Of a stretch of 64,000 nucleotides of DNA, positions 18,834-29,175 are shown piece by piece. The number at the start of each line of letters is the position of its first letter. Within the stretch, counting starts at the first letter, position 1. The stretch comes from an uncultured Caldisericales bacterium. GTDB taxonomy: Bacteria; Caldisericota; Caldisericia; JAAYUI01. Both the position numbers and the translations under genes were made by a program. Below the pieces are notes generated by a model. It was not told the DNA's origin. It worked only from the letters and a program-made list of their open reading frames with translations, and did not search any database. The stretch is from positions 5,340-69,339 of the forward strand of contig CAZTGD010000006.1 in the NCBI GenBank assembly GCA_964613055.1, read 5' to 3'.

Positions 18834-19396
18834 CTAAGCACCTTTATTGAATCTAGTAGGGAATCTAGCTCTTGGGTATTCTCCGGTACACCAGTGACAC
18901 TAATTAAAACTATATTCCCGTCTTCAGTGTTTGTTACATATTGCCACAGTTGTGTTTGTGAGTCAGAACCAGAAATAGTTGCAATAAGCTCTTGAAACAC
19001 AACATTGCTTGGATTTGGATCACGTGTATTCAGTTGTTGTGGGTTTGATGCACCTCGAGCGGTAGTGTCAATATATTGCTTGGCATTCATTATACCGCCA
19101 GTGTCGATAAACTGTATTGTTACACCTGATATCCCACTATCTTCATTCATCAGAGACATTGAAATATTAGATTCGTTTCGATTAACAATCGACCAACCAT
19201 CTGGCATAACAAACTCAATGAAGGAATTACTGATCTTGTTTGCATCTTTATCATAGGAGTTTTGTCCCAATGAAATCGTTTTCTCATCAGTGACATCGAT
19301 ATCTGCTCTTTCAGTCTTCTCTGTTGTGCATGAGGTGATAAACACTGACAAAACGAGCATCAGGCAAACCATCAATGTTATTGGCTTGTTATTCAT
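18830..19396 (-). CDS. Lipoprotein, paralogous family
   Basis: Lipobox ITSC. FIEFVMPDGWSI start motif. C-terminal LDSLLDSIKVLR. Confidence 0.55.
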   Translation of the reverse strand: MNNKPITLMVCLMLVLSVFITSCTTEKTERADIDVTDEKTISLGQNSYDKDANKISNSFIEFVMPDGWSIVNRNESNISMSLMNEDSGISGVTIQFIDTGGIMNAKQYIDTTARGASNPQQLNTRDPNPSNVVFQELIATISGSDSQTQLWQYVTNTEDGNIVLISVTGVPENTQELDSLLDSIKVLR

Positions 19397-19403
19397 ATAT
19401 ACC

Positions 19404-20438
19404 TCACTTCATCTCGATAGTTTTTAATACATACATTGCATCATCGGGGATTCTATTCGACCAGCTAAAAACTGAAATCATTAAAGGTTCTAAGTCATCT
19501 CTTTCTGCAACCAGATGAAACTCAGAATAGCTATCGCTTTTAGATTCAATAAGACGGTACTTGATATTTCCAAGCTCCATTGAAGTAATTGAGCTGTTGA
19601 GTTGATCTGCTATGCCTTGAGCATATTCTTCAACCTTCATATCATCACCAAGGTTAACATACTGAATTGAAAGGGAGATCAGATCACTGTTCACGCCCTC
19701 TTTCGGTTCAAGAATCGTCAATCTGTCATCATCAGATGTCAGCTCAAGAAAGGGTGATATTTCAAAATCAATATATTTATTTGAGTAAAGCTCTGTTTTA
19801 TCGTCTTGATTCGAGTCTGTGAAATTTCCGTTGCTGTTATCTTGATCTTCTCCATTACTATTGTCGACATCCCCATCATTGCTATCCGATGTGTTATTGT
19901 CATCCTTATCGAAATAATCTGGGTCGGTCAGTCTGAAAGACTTCACAATGTCAACAGCTTTATCAAAGTCACCTTTAGTATTTGGAAGGGGATCTGTGAA
20001 AACAGTAATAATACGTTCTTCCACTGGAACGAATAATGCCACAGCCATTTTTTTATCAGTATTCCCGGTTATCAACACCCCTATGGTATCCTTTTCCTCT
20101 ATCGTTTCTCTTTCCATGTTTACAAGTTCGGACTCGACTGCACTGAGTGCTTCTTCAATTGTGTCAATATCTCCTATCAATGCTCCCTGATGATCTTTGA
20201 CCTCTACTATAACAGAGAAAGGATTTCCACTGATTTCCAAAACATCTTCCATCCATCTCCCCTGAAACCCTTCTGGGCAGTTGATGGCGTAGTAGGGTCC
20301 CAGAAGCACATTGCCGCTATCTTTCTCTACTGGACCTCCGCATGAAACGGTGGCAGGCATCATGAGGACAACAAACAAAATTACCAAGAAAATCCTGGAG
20401 AAAAGCATTTGCCGCATAATCATTTCCTTTCTTCTCAT
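19404..20438 (-). CDS. Lipoprotein, two modules joined by a D/N/S-rich low-complexity linker
   Basis: Lipobox VSCGG. FDKAVDIVKSFRLTDPDYFD C-motif. Acidic linker DSNDGDVDNSNGEDQDNSNG. Confidence 0.55.
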   Translation of the reverse strand: MRRKEMIMRQMLFSRIFLVILFVVLMMPATVSCGGPVEKDSGNVLLGPYYAINCPEGFQGRWMEDVLEISGNPFSVIVEVKDHQGALIGDIDTIEEALSAVESELVNMERETIEEKDTIGVLITGNTDKKMAVALFVPVEERIITVFTDPLPNTKGDFDKAVDIVKSFRLTDPDYFDKDDNNTSDSNDGDVDNSNGEDQDNSNGNFTDSNQDDKTELYSNKYIDFEISPFLELTSDDDRLTILEPKEGVNSDLISLSIQYVNLGDDMKVEEYAQGIADQLNSSITSMELGNIKYRLIESKSDSYSEFHLVAERDDLEPLMISVFSWSNRIPDDAMYVLKTIEMK

Positions 20439-20543
20439 CTGTCATCATTATAGCAAGCAGTGTGTATCAGTTCCAGAATAGCACAAAGCCCTGCCTTATA
20501 CCAGACAGGGCTTTGAATTGTAGTCTGCAAAGTAAATGAAATA

Positions 20544-21662
20544 CTAGTCGAAATAATTGTCGTTGGTGATAACGAATGATTCAACCATTGCGTTAAAGGT
20601 GTCTATGTATTCTTCAGAGTCGATCTCGGAAGTTCCATTTATTATTATTGCCCAGTCATCCATTTCTATGGCGTAGTTATACACAAAAGAATCGTTGAAC
20701 GTTGTCCTTGTTGCAACCGCATTGTGTCCTGAGATAACCATTGTTGTGTCTTCGATCGATCCCATACTCATTGCTGTAGTATCTTTTGAACCTGTTACGG
20801 TGATGAATAGCTCGTCAATCTCAAACATGGTTGTCGTTATCTCATCTGTACTGAAGCTGTTAACCTCTGCTGAAGATGGATGCTTGATTGTGAAGAATTC
20901 ACCTTTGTATGTTTTGCCCAGAGTCATTGCATTGGGTCCAACCTCAATCTCCGTTGGCAGTGAAACATTCACATCTATTTCGTTACCCTCTTCATCTTTG
21001 AATGATGCTGAATATTCACCATCTTTGCTGTCGTTGACACCCTCTTTATCCCCCTGATCAGTATCAGGGTACTCCTCTTCATAATCCTCTTCTATAGGTT
21101 CTGTTTCTATTTCGACTGGTTCAAAATCTATAGATTCGGGCATATCCGTATTGGTGACCCTTAGGGATCTTATTATTTGCCTTGTCAGTTCAACGTCCTC
21201 GTCATTTTTACCCGGCTCATCAGTTATTGCCATAAGCACCCATTCATCAAACGGTACAAACGCGGCAACACCGTGGTAGCCATCATTTTCTCCTTCAATC
21301 CACAAAGCTTTATGTCTGCCCAGCTTCATTTCCTTCTCGGAGTAGTTGGATATCTCTGATTTGATATCGCTCTTAACTGAATCAATTGAACCAAGGTCAC
21401 CCATCTTTGATTCCTTCATTGGCATACATATCGCTTCAATCTTAATGCCGTTCTTGCCTTCGAGGGTTACTCCCCCTTCATGCTCCTTAACTTGAAATTC
21501 AGGTGTATAGCCGATTGTCAGAAATCTTCCATCAAAACTATTCCCAAGGTTAGCGGATGCTTCTGGATTTGTGTTAGCGTTTCCCTCATCTCCTCCACAA
21601 CCCACAACCATTCCCACAGCAATCACTGCAACTAATAAAAAGACCGGAATCCTTTTCATCAT
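20544..21662 (-). CDS. Lipoprotein, two modules joined by an acidic linker
   Basis: Lipobox VVGC. ELTRQIIRSLRVT and FNAMVESFVITNDNYFD C-motifs. Confidence 0.55.
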   Translation of the reverse strand: MMKRIPVFLLVAVIAVGMVVGCGGDEGNANTNPEASANLGNSFDGRFLTIGYTPEFQVKEHEGGVTLEGKNGIKIEAICMPMKESKMGDLGSIDSVKSDIKSEISNYSEKEMKLGRHKALWIEGENDGYHGVAAFVPFDEWVLMAITDEPGKNDEDVELTRQIIRSLRVTNTDMPESIDFEPVEIETEPIEEDYEEEYPDTDQGDKEGVNDSKDGEYSASFKDEEGNEIDVNVSLPTEIEVGPNAMTLGKTYKGEFFTIKHPSSAEVNSFSTDEITTTMFEIDELFITVTGSKDTTAMSMGSIEDTTMVISGHNAVATRTTFNDSFVYNYAIEMDDWAIIINGTSEIDSEEYIDTFNAMVESFVITNDNYFD

Positions 21663-21728
21663 TTCTCCTCTCTGAAGTCAGCTTTTAATCCAGCCAACCA
21701 GAACGTTTTATCGGGAAGCGATTATATA

Positions 21729-22709
21729 TCACCTGGAACGGAATTGCAAATGATCAATTATCCTAATGCTGTATAAAGCTGATCCCGCTGACAAGATCTC
21801 TTTTTTGCTATCAAGACTTTTGGCTACTGCTGAAATGTATCCACCCTCAAGTGGTATCATAATTGATATTGTCTTTTCAGACTCTTTCAGTGTTTCAGTC
21901 CATATACTATCAAACACACCGATATTGATCACTTCAATTGCAATAGCACCGAGGTTCACATCATCCCAGTTCTGAATGCTCATGAGTCTTTCAATATCGA
22001 AAGGATCCATCATCCAATCATCAATCCAATCGATGAAAATCTCAAAACCATCACAATCAATACTCAGTTTGTTGTAACTATTCTCAATGACTGTCCCATC
22101 CACATTTATCTGTAATGCTTCGGTGCTTACCACATTATCGGAAAATGTGAGTTCTCTGTTATGGTCAAATTGTTCGTATTGAGGACCTTCAAGATCAAAA
22201 GAATAGTCCTCTTCAATAATTCTCAAAGACATGACAATCTCCCTGGCAAGCATGAATTCATCTGTAGAGAAGTTTGTTACAGTTGCTATCATCTCCCATC
22301 CATCTCTTGGGATCATGACGGATATAAATGGCCACTCAAACTCATTTTTCGTGTAGGCAAACAAGGCAGAATCTTCACCGAGTTTCACTTCAGACAACTC
22401 ATCCCAGTAATCCTCACCATTGTGCCAAAGACTATAAAGGTCACCTTCCCTACGGTCACTGTTCCAGTTTGAGTAAGCTTCAATTTGAAGATCAGTGTCT
22501 TTTGATGACAGTATTACACCTGGATTCTTTTCGGTTATGCTGAGGGGTGTGAATCCTGCCGGATAATCAAGAGAAAAGAACTCACCATTATAAGTTTTTT
22601 CCAACAAAGGTTTGTCTTGCTCAGAGACACCATTGGATTCATCACTTGAGCAAGAAATTATAACCGGCAATATAAGCGCTGTAGCAAGAAGTAATCTAAT
22701 GGTTTTCAT
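21729..22709 (-). CDS. Lipoprotein, two modules
   Basis: Lipobox IISC. YNGEFFSLDYPAGF start. MLAREIVMSLRIIEEDYSFD C-motif. Confidence 0.55.
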   Translation of the reverse strand: MKTIRLLLATALILPVIISCSSDESNGVSEQDKPLLEKTYNGEFFSLDYPAGFTPLSITEKNPGVILSSKDTDLQIEAYSNWNSDRREGDLYSLWHNGEDYWDELSEVKLGEDSALFAYTKNEFEWPFISVMIPRDGWEMIATVTNFSTDEFMLAREIVMSLRIIEEDYSFDLEGPQYEQFDHNRELTFSDNVVSTEALQINVDGTVIENSYNKLSIDCDGFEIFIDWIDDWMMDPFDIERLMSIQNWDDVNLGAIAIEVINIGVFDSIWTETLKESEKTISIMIPLEGGYISAVAKSLDSKKEILSAGSALYSIRIIDHLQFRSR

Positions 22710-23238
22710 GAAATTGTATCGTCTCGACTATTCTATGCCCGAGTTCAATATCATCTGGCACCTGTGGAGTCAATTCTACCTTAAGAAGTTTGCCATCGAG
22801 AGGGATGGTGTATTCGATTATCTCCACTATACTCATTCCAGATATCCCTCCAGGGATTGCCATCTTGACAAACAATGACCTCACTCCATCAACCTTAACG
22901 TCTTTCATCTCACAATTCATAGCTTTAGATGAAATATCGTTGTACTGAGCATAAAGATTGGTCGTATCTCCCTTAGTCATGCCACTAATGCTTAGCATTG
23001 AAAACCTCAACATTGGACTGATATTGCCAATATCTTTAATGACTATGTCTGCTTCTCCAGACTCAGATACTTGCATTATGGACGGATACTCGACACTGAA
23101 ATATTGATTATCATAGATATTGTCAAAACTCGGAGAACCACAACTTACAAGCAGTGTCAAGGATACCATAATACCTACCATTATCTTTCGAGAAATTATC
23201 ATAGAATATTCAATACACCCAATCAGCAGATCTGTCAA
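22696..23238 (-). CDS. Lipoprotein, single module (the true start is probably the internal Met before the signal peptide)
   Basis: Lipobox LVSCGS. YFSVEYPSIMQV start. LGHRIVETIQF end. Confidence 0.5.
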   Translation of the reverse strand: MTDLLIGCIEYSMIISRKIMVGIMVSLTLLVSCGSPSFDNIYDNQYFSVEYPSIMQVSESGEADIVIKDIGNISPMLRFSMLSISGMTKGDTTNLYAQYNDISSKAMNCEMKDVKVDGVRSLFVKMAIPGGISGMSIVEIIEYTIPLDGKLLKVELTPQVPDDIELGHRIVETIQFHENH

Positions 23239-23342
23239 GCCATTATCATTACTTATTACGGCAAAGCTACTTAAATTGAATCCTTGTTAATGATCTATAG
23301 GCTGTTACTATTATCTTACACAAAATCACACAGGAGGTAAGA

Positions 23343-24539
23343 ATGAACTCAAAGCAATATATGGAACTGGAGCGTAAACATGGAGCCAGTAACTATGAAT
23401 CATTAGAGGTCGTGCTTTCAAAAGGTGAAGGCGTTTGGGTCTGGGACGTTGAGGGCAATAAATACATGGACATGCTCAGTGCTTATTCTGCTGTCAACCA
23501 TGGTCATCGCCACCCAAAGATAGTCAAAGCCATGAAGGATCAGATTGACAGACTGACCTTGACCTCAAGAGCCTTCTTCAATGATCGTCTTCCTGCTTTC
23601 TGTCGGCGAGTTTGCGAATTTACCGGCAAGGAAATGTTCCTACCAATGAACACCGGTGCAGAAGCCGTTGAAACGGCTATAAAAACGATCAGAAAATGGG
23701 GATACGAGGTAAAGGGTGTTGAACCTGAAACGGGTGAGATCATAGTATTTGAGAACAACTTCCACGGCAGAACCACGACCATCGTAAGTTTTTCAACTGA
23801 TATGAATGCCCACAAGAACTTCGGTCCATTCACCCCTGGTTTTGTGATTGTTCCATACAATGATTTGAAAGCTATTGAAGATGCAATCACAGACAAAACA
23901 ATAGGTATAATGGTTGAACCAATTCAGGGAGAAGCTGGTATCAACGTCCCCGACATGGGTTACCTGAAGGGGATTCGAAAGATATGCGATGACAACAGTA
24001 TAGTCTTTGCCGCAGATGAGATCCAATCTGGATTCGGAAGGACAGGCAAACGCTTCTGTTGCGACCATGAGAATGTTGAACCTGACCTATTCATACTCGG
24101 TAAAGCCCTTGGTGGTGGTGTATTCCCGGTATCAGGTGTTGCCGCAGATGAGCAATACCTCGGTGTATTCAAGAAGGGTCAGCATGGTTCAACGTTTGGC
24201 GGAAATCCTCTGGGATCAGTTGTTGGTACGACAGCAATAGATGTACTGGTTGAAGAGAAGCTGGTAGATAATTCAGCCAAACTGGGTGAGTACTTCATGG
24301 GTAAGCTCAAAACGCTTGAAGGTAAAATCATAGAGTGTGTCCGTGGAAGAGGGTTGATGATTGGAATAGATATAAAAGAAAGCGCTGGGCATGCCCACGA
24401 TTATGTCGTCAAGCTTCGTGACAATGGTATCATAGCTAAAGAAACTCACGACACCATCATCCGCTTTGCTCCTCCTTTAACTATAACAAAAGATGAACTA
24501 GACTGGGCGTTTGAGCGAATAAAAAAAGTCTTTGCATAG
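23343..24539 (+). CDS. rocD: Ornithine aminotransferase (class-III PLP aminotransferase)
   Basis: N-terminal HGASNYESLEVVLSKGEGVWVWDVEGNKYMDMLSAYSAVNHGHRHPKI is OAT-like. AGGAGGT SD precedes the ATG. Confidence 0.85.
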   Translation: MNSKQYMELERKHGASNYESLEVVLSKGEGVWVWDVEGNKYMDMLSAYSAVNHGHRHPKIVKAMKDQIDRLTLTSRAFFNDRLPAFCRRVCEFTGKEMFLPMNTGAEAVETAIKTIRKWGYEVKGVEPETGEIIVFENNFHGRTTTIVSFSTDMNAHKNFGPFTPGFVIVPYNDLKAIEDAITDKTIGIMVEPIQGEAGINVPDMGYLKGIRKICDDNSIVFAADEIQSGFGRTGKRFCCDHENVEPDLFILGKALGGGVFPVSGVAADEQYLGVFKKGQHGSTFGGNPLGSVVGTTAIDVLVEEKLVDNSAKLGEYFMGKLKTLEGKIIECVRGRGLMIGIDIKESAGHAHDYVVKLRDNGIIAKETHDTIIRFAPPLTITKDELDWAFERIKKVFA

Positions 24540-24561
24540 AAATAATTGAATCAGAATAACT

Positions 24562-24603
24562 GGGTGGGGGTTTCATTTCATACCCCCACCTTTTCTTTTT
24601 TTT
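24562..24603 (+). terminator. Rho-independent terminator after rocD
   Basis: GGGTGGGGG...CCCCCACC hairpin followed by TTTTCTTTTTTTT. Confidence 0.5.
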
Positions 24604-24625
24604 CAAGTTTTATATAATTCAAGTC

Positions 24626-25123
24626 ATGCGGAAGATTATAGTCATCACGATTGTCTCACTATTGACACTTATTTCATGTGGCAGTGAAAAATCCATACCT
24701 GAAGAGCTGAAGTTCTCAAAAACAACATCACTTTACAGGGTGTACTACCCGGAAGGATGGGAAGCCACGATGGGAGCAAACGGCAGTTGTACCATTTCAT
24801 ACAACGATACCGCAATAACCATCCCGTTCCTCATTATTCCAGATGAAAACGCCAAACCGAATGATATTGAAAGCCTCGGTGAGTTGAAGGATGTACTCAT
24901 TCAGAATAATCCAGAAGGTACAACCGAAATAGAATCGATCTCAGGCAAGAAAGCATTGTGGTGGTTTTTCGATGTGAAGGGTGTTGAACTCGCAAGCTTC
25001 ATGTTGCCACTGGATGGCGTTATTTTGACGGGCATGGTCTGGCCAAGTCAGAATGAAGATTTCACATACCGTGAACTGGAGCTTGCCAGGCAAATTGTGG
25101 ACAGTTTCAGGTTGTTGAAATAG
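24626..25123 (+). CDS. Lipoprotein, single-module member of the paralogous family
   Basis: Lipobox LISC. YRVYYPEGWEA start. YRELELARQIVDSFRLLK end. Confidence 0.55.
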   Translation: MRKIIVITIVSLLTLISCGSEKSIPEELKFSKTTSLYRVYYPEGWEATMGANGSCTISYNDTAITIPFLIIPDENAKPNDIESLGELKDVLIQNNPEGTTEIESISGKKALWWFFDVKGVELASFMLPLDGVILTGMVWPSQNEDFTYRELELARQIVDSFRLLK

Positions 25124-25304
25124 CTATTTCATGTTTGATGAATTATTCAATGTTCACGTAATTACTCACCAAATATTTTTTGTGCTAGATAGTGTTTGCT
25201 TGTTACATTACTTGATAAGATCATATTTTTTGAAACATTGAAATTAATCTGCTAAGACAACACCAAGTTTTTCTATGGGATTCGTTTATAAATAAATATT
25301 TGTT

Positions 25305-25547
25305 TTATCTGTCCATTAGAGATACCCTAACGCCTTTACTTTTCTGTTGCTCGAGTATCCACGCCCTTGCCTCCTCTACGGTATTGAATATCTCTTTTCT
25401 ATTGCCAGACAATTTACCGTAAAGCTCTGTCGCGACATGCTCCAAAAGACTACTGCAAACAACGCAGTAATCAATCACATACATATCCGAATTGGGGGTG
25501 TCCATTTCAGCAAAGCGATTCACATACTTTAGATGTGCCATCTCCAT
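25305..25547 (-). CDS. Small hypothetical protein (80 aa)
   Basis: ORF only. An in-frame stop is confirmed at 25734-25736 and no upstream Met, so it is 80 aa from the ATG at 25547. No family assignment. Confidence 0.3.
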   Translation of the reverse strand: MEMAHLKYVNRFAEMDTPNSDMYVIDYCVVCSSLLEHVATELYGKLSGNRKEIFNTVEEARAWILEQQKSKGVRVSLMDR

Positions 25548-25728
25548 GCCTGTGATATCGTTTATCTGCCAAACCTTGAAAGCATTTCCCTTCTTATACC
25601 TTACAAGACTCTTTCTGGCTATGAACTCAGCATCCTCAACAGACGAGGGCGTACCTATAAACTTGTTGTAGAGAATATTAGTTTCCGCATCATATTCAGC
25701 CTTGAAATCTATAATCTGCTCCCACTTA

Positions 25729-27360
25729 TTACATCATTTCTGGTGCTGACACACCCAATACTGACAGTGCCGATTTTAACACGCACCGAGTTGCTTTAAC
25801 CAACAACAGTCGTTTGTTTCTGATCTCATCGTCTTCATCCAGTACTCTGCACTTATGATAGAAATGATGAAACGCTCCAGCCACCTTCTCTGCAAACTGA
25901 GTGATCCTGTTTGGTGCTCGTGCATTTGAAGCACTGACTATTACATTGGGGAAAGAAATTATCTCTCTGATGAGATTAAGCTCAGCATCCTCTGTAAACA
26001 CAGATACATTGCTTATATCAGCGTCACCAGCTCTCTCGTCGCTGATTATTGCGTTGCATCTGACATATGCATACTGTACATAGTAGGCAGGATTATCCAT
26101 CGATTTGCTCTTCGCCTGGTCAATGTCAAAATTCAAATGCGTATCTGACGTCCTCATCTGATAGAAGTACCTAGAGACATCCACACCAACCTCATCCAGT
26201 AGTTCCTCAAGGGTGATAAACTCGCCGGAACTCTTACTCATCTTCACCTGTTTACCATCCTTGAACAGATGAACTAGTTGATATAAATGGAACTCGAGTT
26301 TGTCTTTGTTATAGGCGAGAGCTTCCAAACCAGCCTTCATAGGTCCAATGTGTCCATGATGATCAGCACCCATCACGTCAATCACATGATCAAATCCTCG
26401 ATTGAATTTGTTTATGTGGTAGGCGATATCAGTAGCTGTATACGTGATATCACCATTGCTTTTTATTATTACAAAATCCTTGTCATCTCCCAAGTCTGTT
26501 GAACGCATCCATGTAGCACCATCCTCTTCATACAGCATACCACGCTCTTTCAATATGTTAATAGCATCCTCAATCTCACCTGTCTCAACCATCTTTTTCT
26601 CAGAAAACCAAACATCGAATTTGATACCAAATCTTGAAAATACATCCCTTTGCCATTTGATAATTCTGTCAACCGCTTCTTTCCGGAAAAATTGGTGTCG
26701 CGACTCATCATCCATTTCGAGGGGTATTGTCCCGTATTCCATCTTTATCTCAACTGCTATATCGAGTAGATACTCACCTGGATAGCCTTCCTCCGGTATA
26801 TTCCATTCTAGGTTGTGTGCCTGTTTAAAACGTTCCTCAAGAGAGTAAGCCAAATTATCTATCTTAGCACCACGGTCATTTACATAGAACTCTCGAGAGA
26901 CATCGTGACCAGTCCATTCAAGCAGACGTGCGATAGTGTCACCGAGAGGTGCACCTCTACCGTTTGCAACTGTCACAGGTCCTGTAGGGTTGGCTGAAAC
27001 AAACTCAACCTGTACCTTTCTATCACCACCAATATCCCACCTGCCAAAATCATCCTTGAGTGCGTGGCGAAGCCACTGAACAAAGACATCTCCCGTTAGG
27101 AAGAAGTTTATGAATCCAGGACCAGCTATCTCTACTTTACTGAACATTGATTTATCAATGGATTCGATGATCTCTTCAGCAATCTTGCGGGGGGGCATCT
27201 TTAACTTACCTGCCAAACCCATGGCAATGTTGCTTGAATAATCCCCATGCTTGGGTGTATCAGGCCTCAGCACTTCAAACGAATGGTCGTCAACACTTTT
27301 TTGTCGCAGGTAATCATCAAGAATACCTGCAATCCTATCTCTTATACTGCAATTTATCAA
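25729..27360 (-). CDS. argS: Arginyl-tRNA synthetase
   Basis: Class I HIGH motif region (ANPTGPVTVANGRGA). KMSKS (VKMSKSSGEF). Typical C-terminal ...APEMM. Confidence 0.9.
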   Translation of the reverse strand: MINCSIRDRIAGILDDYLRQKSVDDHSFEVLRPDTPKHGDYSSNIAMGLAGKLKMPPRKIAEEIIESIDKSMFSKVEIAGPGFINFFLTGDVFVQWLRHALKDDFGRWDIGGDRKVQVEFVSANPTGPVTVANGRGAPLGDTIARLLEWTGHDVSREFYVNDRGAKIDNLAYSLEERFKQAHNLEWNIPEEGYPGEYLLDIAVEIKMEYGTIPLEMDDESRHQFFRKEAVDRIIKWQRDVFSRFGIKFDVWFSEKKMVETGEIEDAINILKERGMLYEEDGATWMRSTDLGDDKDFVIIKSNGDITYTATDIAYHINKFNRGFDHVIDVMGADHHGHIGPMKAGLEALAYNKDKLEFHLYQLVHLFKDGKQVKMSKSSGEFITLEELLDEVGVDVSRYFYQMRTSDTHLNFDIDQAKSKSMDNPAYYVQYAYVRCNAIISDERAGDADISNVSVFTEDAELNLIREIISFPNVIVSASNARAPNRITQFAEKVAGAFHHFYHKCRVLDEDDEIRNKRLLLVKATRCVLKSALSVLGVSAPEMM

Positions 27361-28268
27361 AGTCTAGGCTCCAGTTCCATATACACATTCTTGACACCAG
27401 GTATATTGGATACCAGTTTCTCAGCAGATATTATCTCGCTTGTGTCCTTCACATAACCTCGCAGGAATACATGACCGCCGATCACCGTTATGTTGACATC
27501 CCTGGCGCGAATATTGTCTGATTGTTTTATTCCCGAATAGATGGATTTCTCCAGTTTGTCGTCTTCTGTTTCTCCGGTTCCATGCAATCGGATGCTTGAT
27601 ATGACAGACTTGACTCCAGCCACCTTACTGGCAATCTTATCGGATTTTTTTATTGAATCCTTATCAGAGGAGTTACCTGAAAGGAATACATGACCTGATT
27701 TAGCAAAGACCTGAAGGTGATAAACCTTTATGTCTCTGTTGTTACCCAGACTGTAGACTACCGCATTGGCAAGATCAACATCCCCCATCGTGTAGGGGGT
27801 CCTCATTTTATCGATAACCTTTGAAACACCCTGAGTCTGTTGAGCCATTTCTAGTACCGCTTCTCTGGCTCTTGCATTGCTTATTCTTCCAACGATTGTA
27901 AGGGTACCACTTTCAGCAATGCCTGATATTTTATTTTCTTTGGGAAGGTATCGACTGATCTGATCACTGAAGTGTTCTTCAATTTCGTCATTGTCAAGGG
28001 CGTTTTTTGTGCGTCTTTCATCATCATCGATATCAACCAGTTCGGAATATCTGGTTTCGTGAATAGCGTTGACCAGGGTCTCTCTCTTTGTTTCCTCCAG
28101 GTCGCTTGGCAATCTTACGATCACCCTTCCAGCCTTGAGCGTAACGGAGTATCCTTCAATCTTCCTCTTCTCCAGCGTTGTTGTCACTCGCCTTGCCACC
28201 TGCCTGGCTATTCTGTTGTCCTTGCGATCCCGATAGATCATCCTATTCAGATTCTTACCTCTTGCCAT
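27357..28268 (-). CDS. BON-domain protein (OsmY-like, three BON repeats)
   Basis: Repeated BON-type endings (VAGVKSVISSIRL, IPGVKNVYMELE). 4-bp overlap with the argS start. Confidence 0.6.
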   Translation of the reverse strand: MARGKNLNRMIYRDRKDNRIARQVARRVTTTLEKRKIEGYSVTLKAGRVIVRLPSDLEETKRETLVNAIHETRYSELVDIDDDERRTKNALDNDEIEEHFSDQISRYLPKENKISGIAESGTLTIVGRISNARAREAVLEMAQQTQGVSKVIDKMRTPYTMGDVDLANAVVYSLGNNRDIKVYHLQVFAKSGHVFLSGNSSDKDSIKKSDKIASKVAGVKSVISSIRLHGTGETEDDKLEKSIYSGIKQSDNIRARDVNITVIGGHVFLRGYVKDTSEIISAEKLVSNIPGVKNVYMELEPRL

Positions 28269-28285
28269 AAACCTCCTCTGTCTTT

Positions 28286-28933
28286 CTATTGTTGGAACAT
28301 CTGCAGACCGTCAGCTGATCCAACGATGCGCTCACAGGCTCTTTCAGGGTGTGGCATCATACCCACTACGTTCCCTTCTCTGTTGCAGATTCCTGCTATA
28401 TCATATATAGATCCATTTGGATTACAGTTCTTGTATCTGAACACAATCTGATCGTTTGTAATGAGTTCGTCAAGTGTCACATTGTCAACATAATACCGAC
28501 CTTCATTATGTGCTATCGGAACATGAAGCATTTGTCCAACGTTCAACTTTTTAGTAAATGGTGTTCTCGTTGTTATCGTTTCGATGTCCACCCAGCGAGA
28601 TTCAAACCTAAGCGTATCATTGGGCAGAAGTGCTCCGGGAAGAAGACCGCACTCAGTTAGGATCTGAAACCCATTGCATATGCCTATCACACTCCCGCCA
28701 GTTTCTGCAAAACGCTTCACCTCTTCCATGACAGGGGAAAACATCGATATCGCGCCTGACCGCAGATAGTCACCATAAGAGAAACCACCGGGAACAATTA
28801 TGATGTCTGATCCCTGAAGATCATGTGATTTATGCCAGATGGGGAAGGATTCATTGCCAGCGATATCTCCGGCAGACCACAAAGCATCTGTGTCACAGTT
28901 GCTTCCCGGAAAGACAAGAACTCCTACCTTCAC
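28286..28933 (-). CDS. purQ: Phosphoribosylformylglycinamidine synthase, glutamine amidotransferase subunit PurQ
   Basis: MKVGVLVFPGSNCDTD. Catalytic GICNGFQ motif and the HPE region. Confidence 0.85.
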   Translation of the reverse strand: MKVGVLVFPGSNCDTDALWSAGDIAGNESFPIWHKSHDLQGSDIIIVPGGFSYGDYLRSGAISMFSPVMEEVKRFAETGGSVIGICNGFQILTECGLLPGALLPNDTLRFESRWVDIETITTRTPFTKKLNVGQMLHVPIAHNEGRYYVDNVTLDELITNDQIVFRYKNCNPNGSIYDIAGICNREGNVVGMMPHPERACERIVGSADGLQMFQQ

Positions 28934-29175
28934 TCAGCAATCCTCACAGAGAATATCTCCATGACTGGATTTGAAAGCAATCTTTCAGCGGTCTCACACG
29001 CCATTTTTTCAGCTTCATCCCTTTTATCCGTATCGATCTTTAGTTTGATACTCTTACCAACCCGGACAGATTCGATCTTGTTGTAACCCATATGTGTCAG
29101 GGCTTTGGCAATCGTCTTGCCCTGCGGATCAAGTATGTCGGGTTTGAGTTCCACTACCACCTCAACTTCAATCAC
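28930..29175 (-). CDS. purS: Phosphoribosylformylglycinamidine synthase subunit PurS
   Basis: 81-aa PurS-like sequence. Overlaps purQ (ATGA) and purC. Confidence 0.85.
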   Translation of the reverse strand: MIEVEVVVELKPDILDPQGKTIAKALTHMGYNKIESVRVGKSIKLKIDTDKRDEAEKMACETAERLLSNPVMEIFSVRIAE

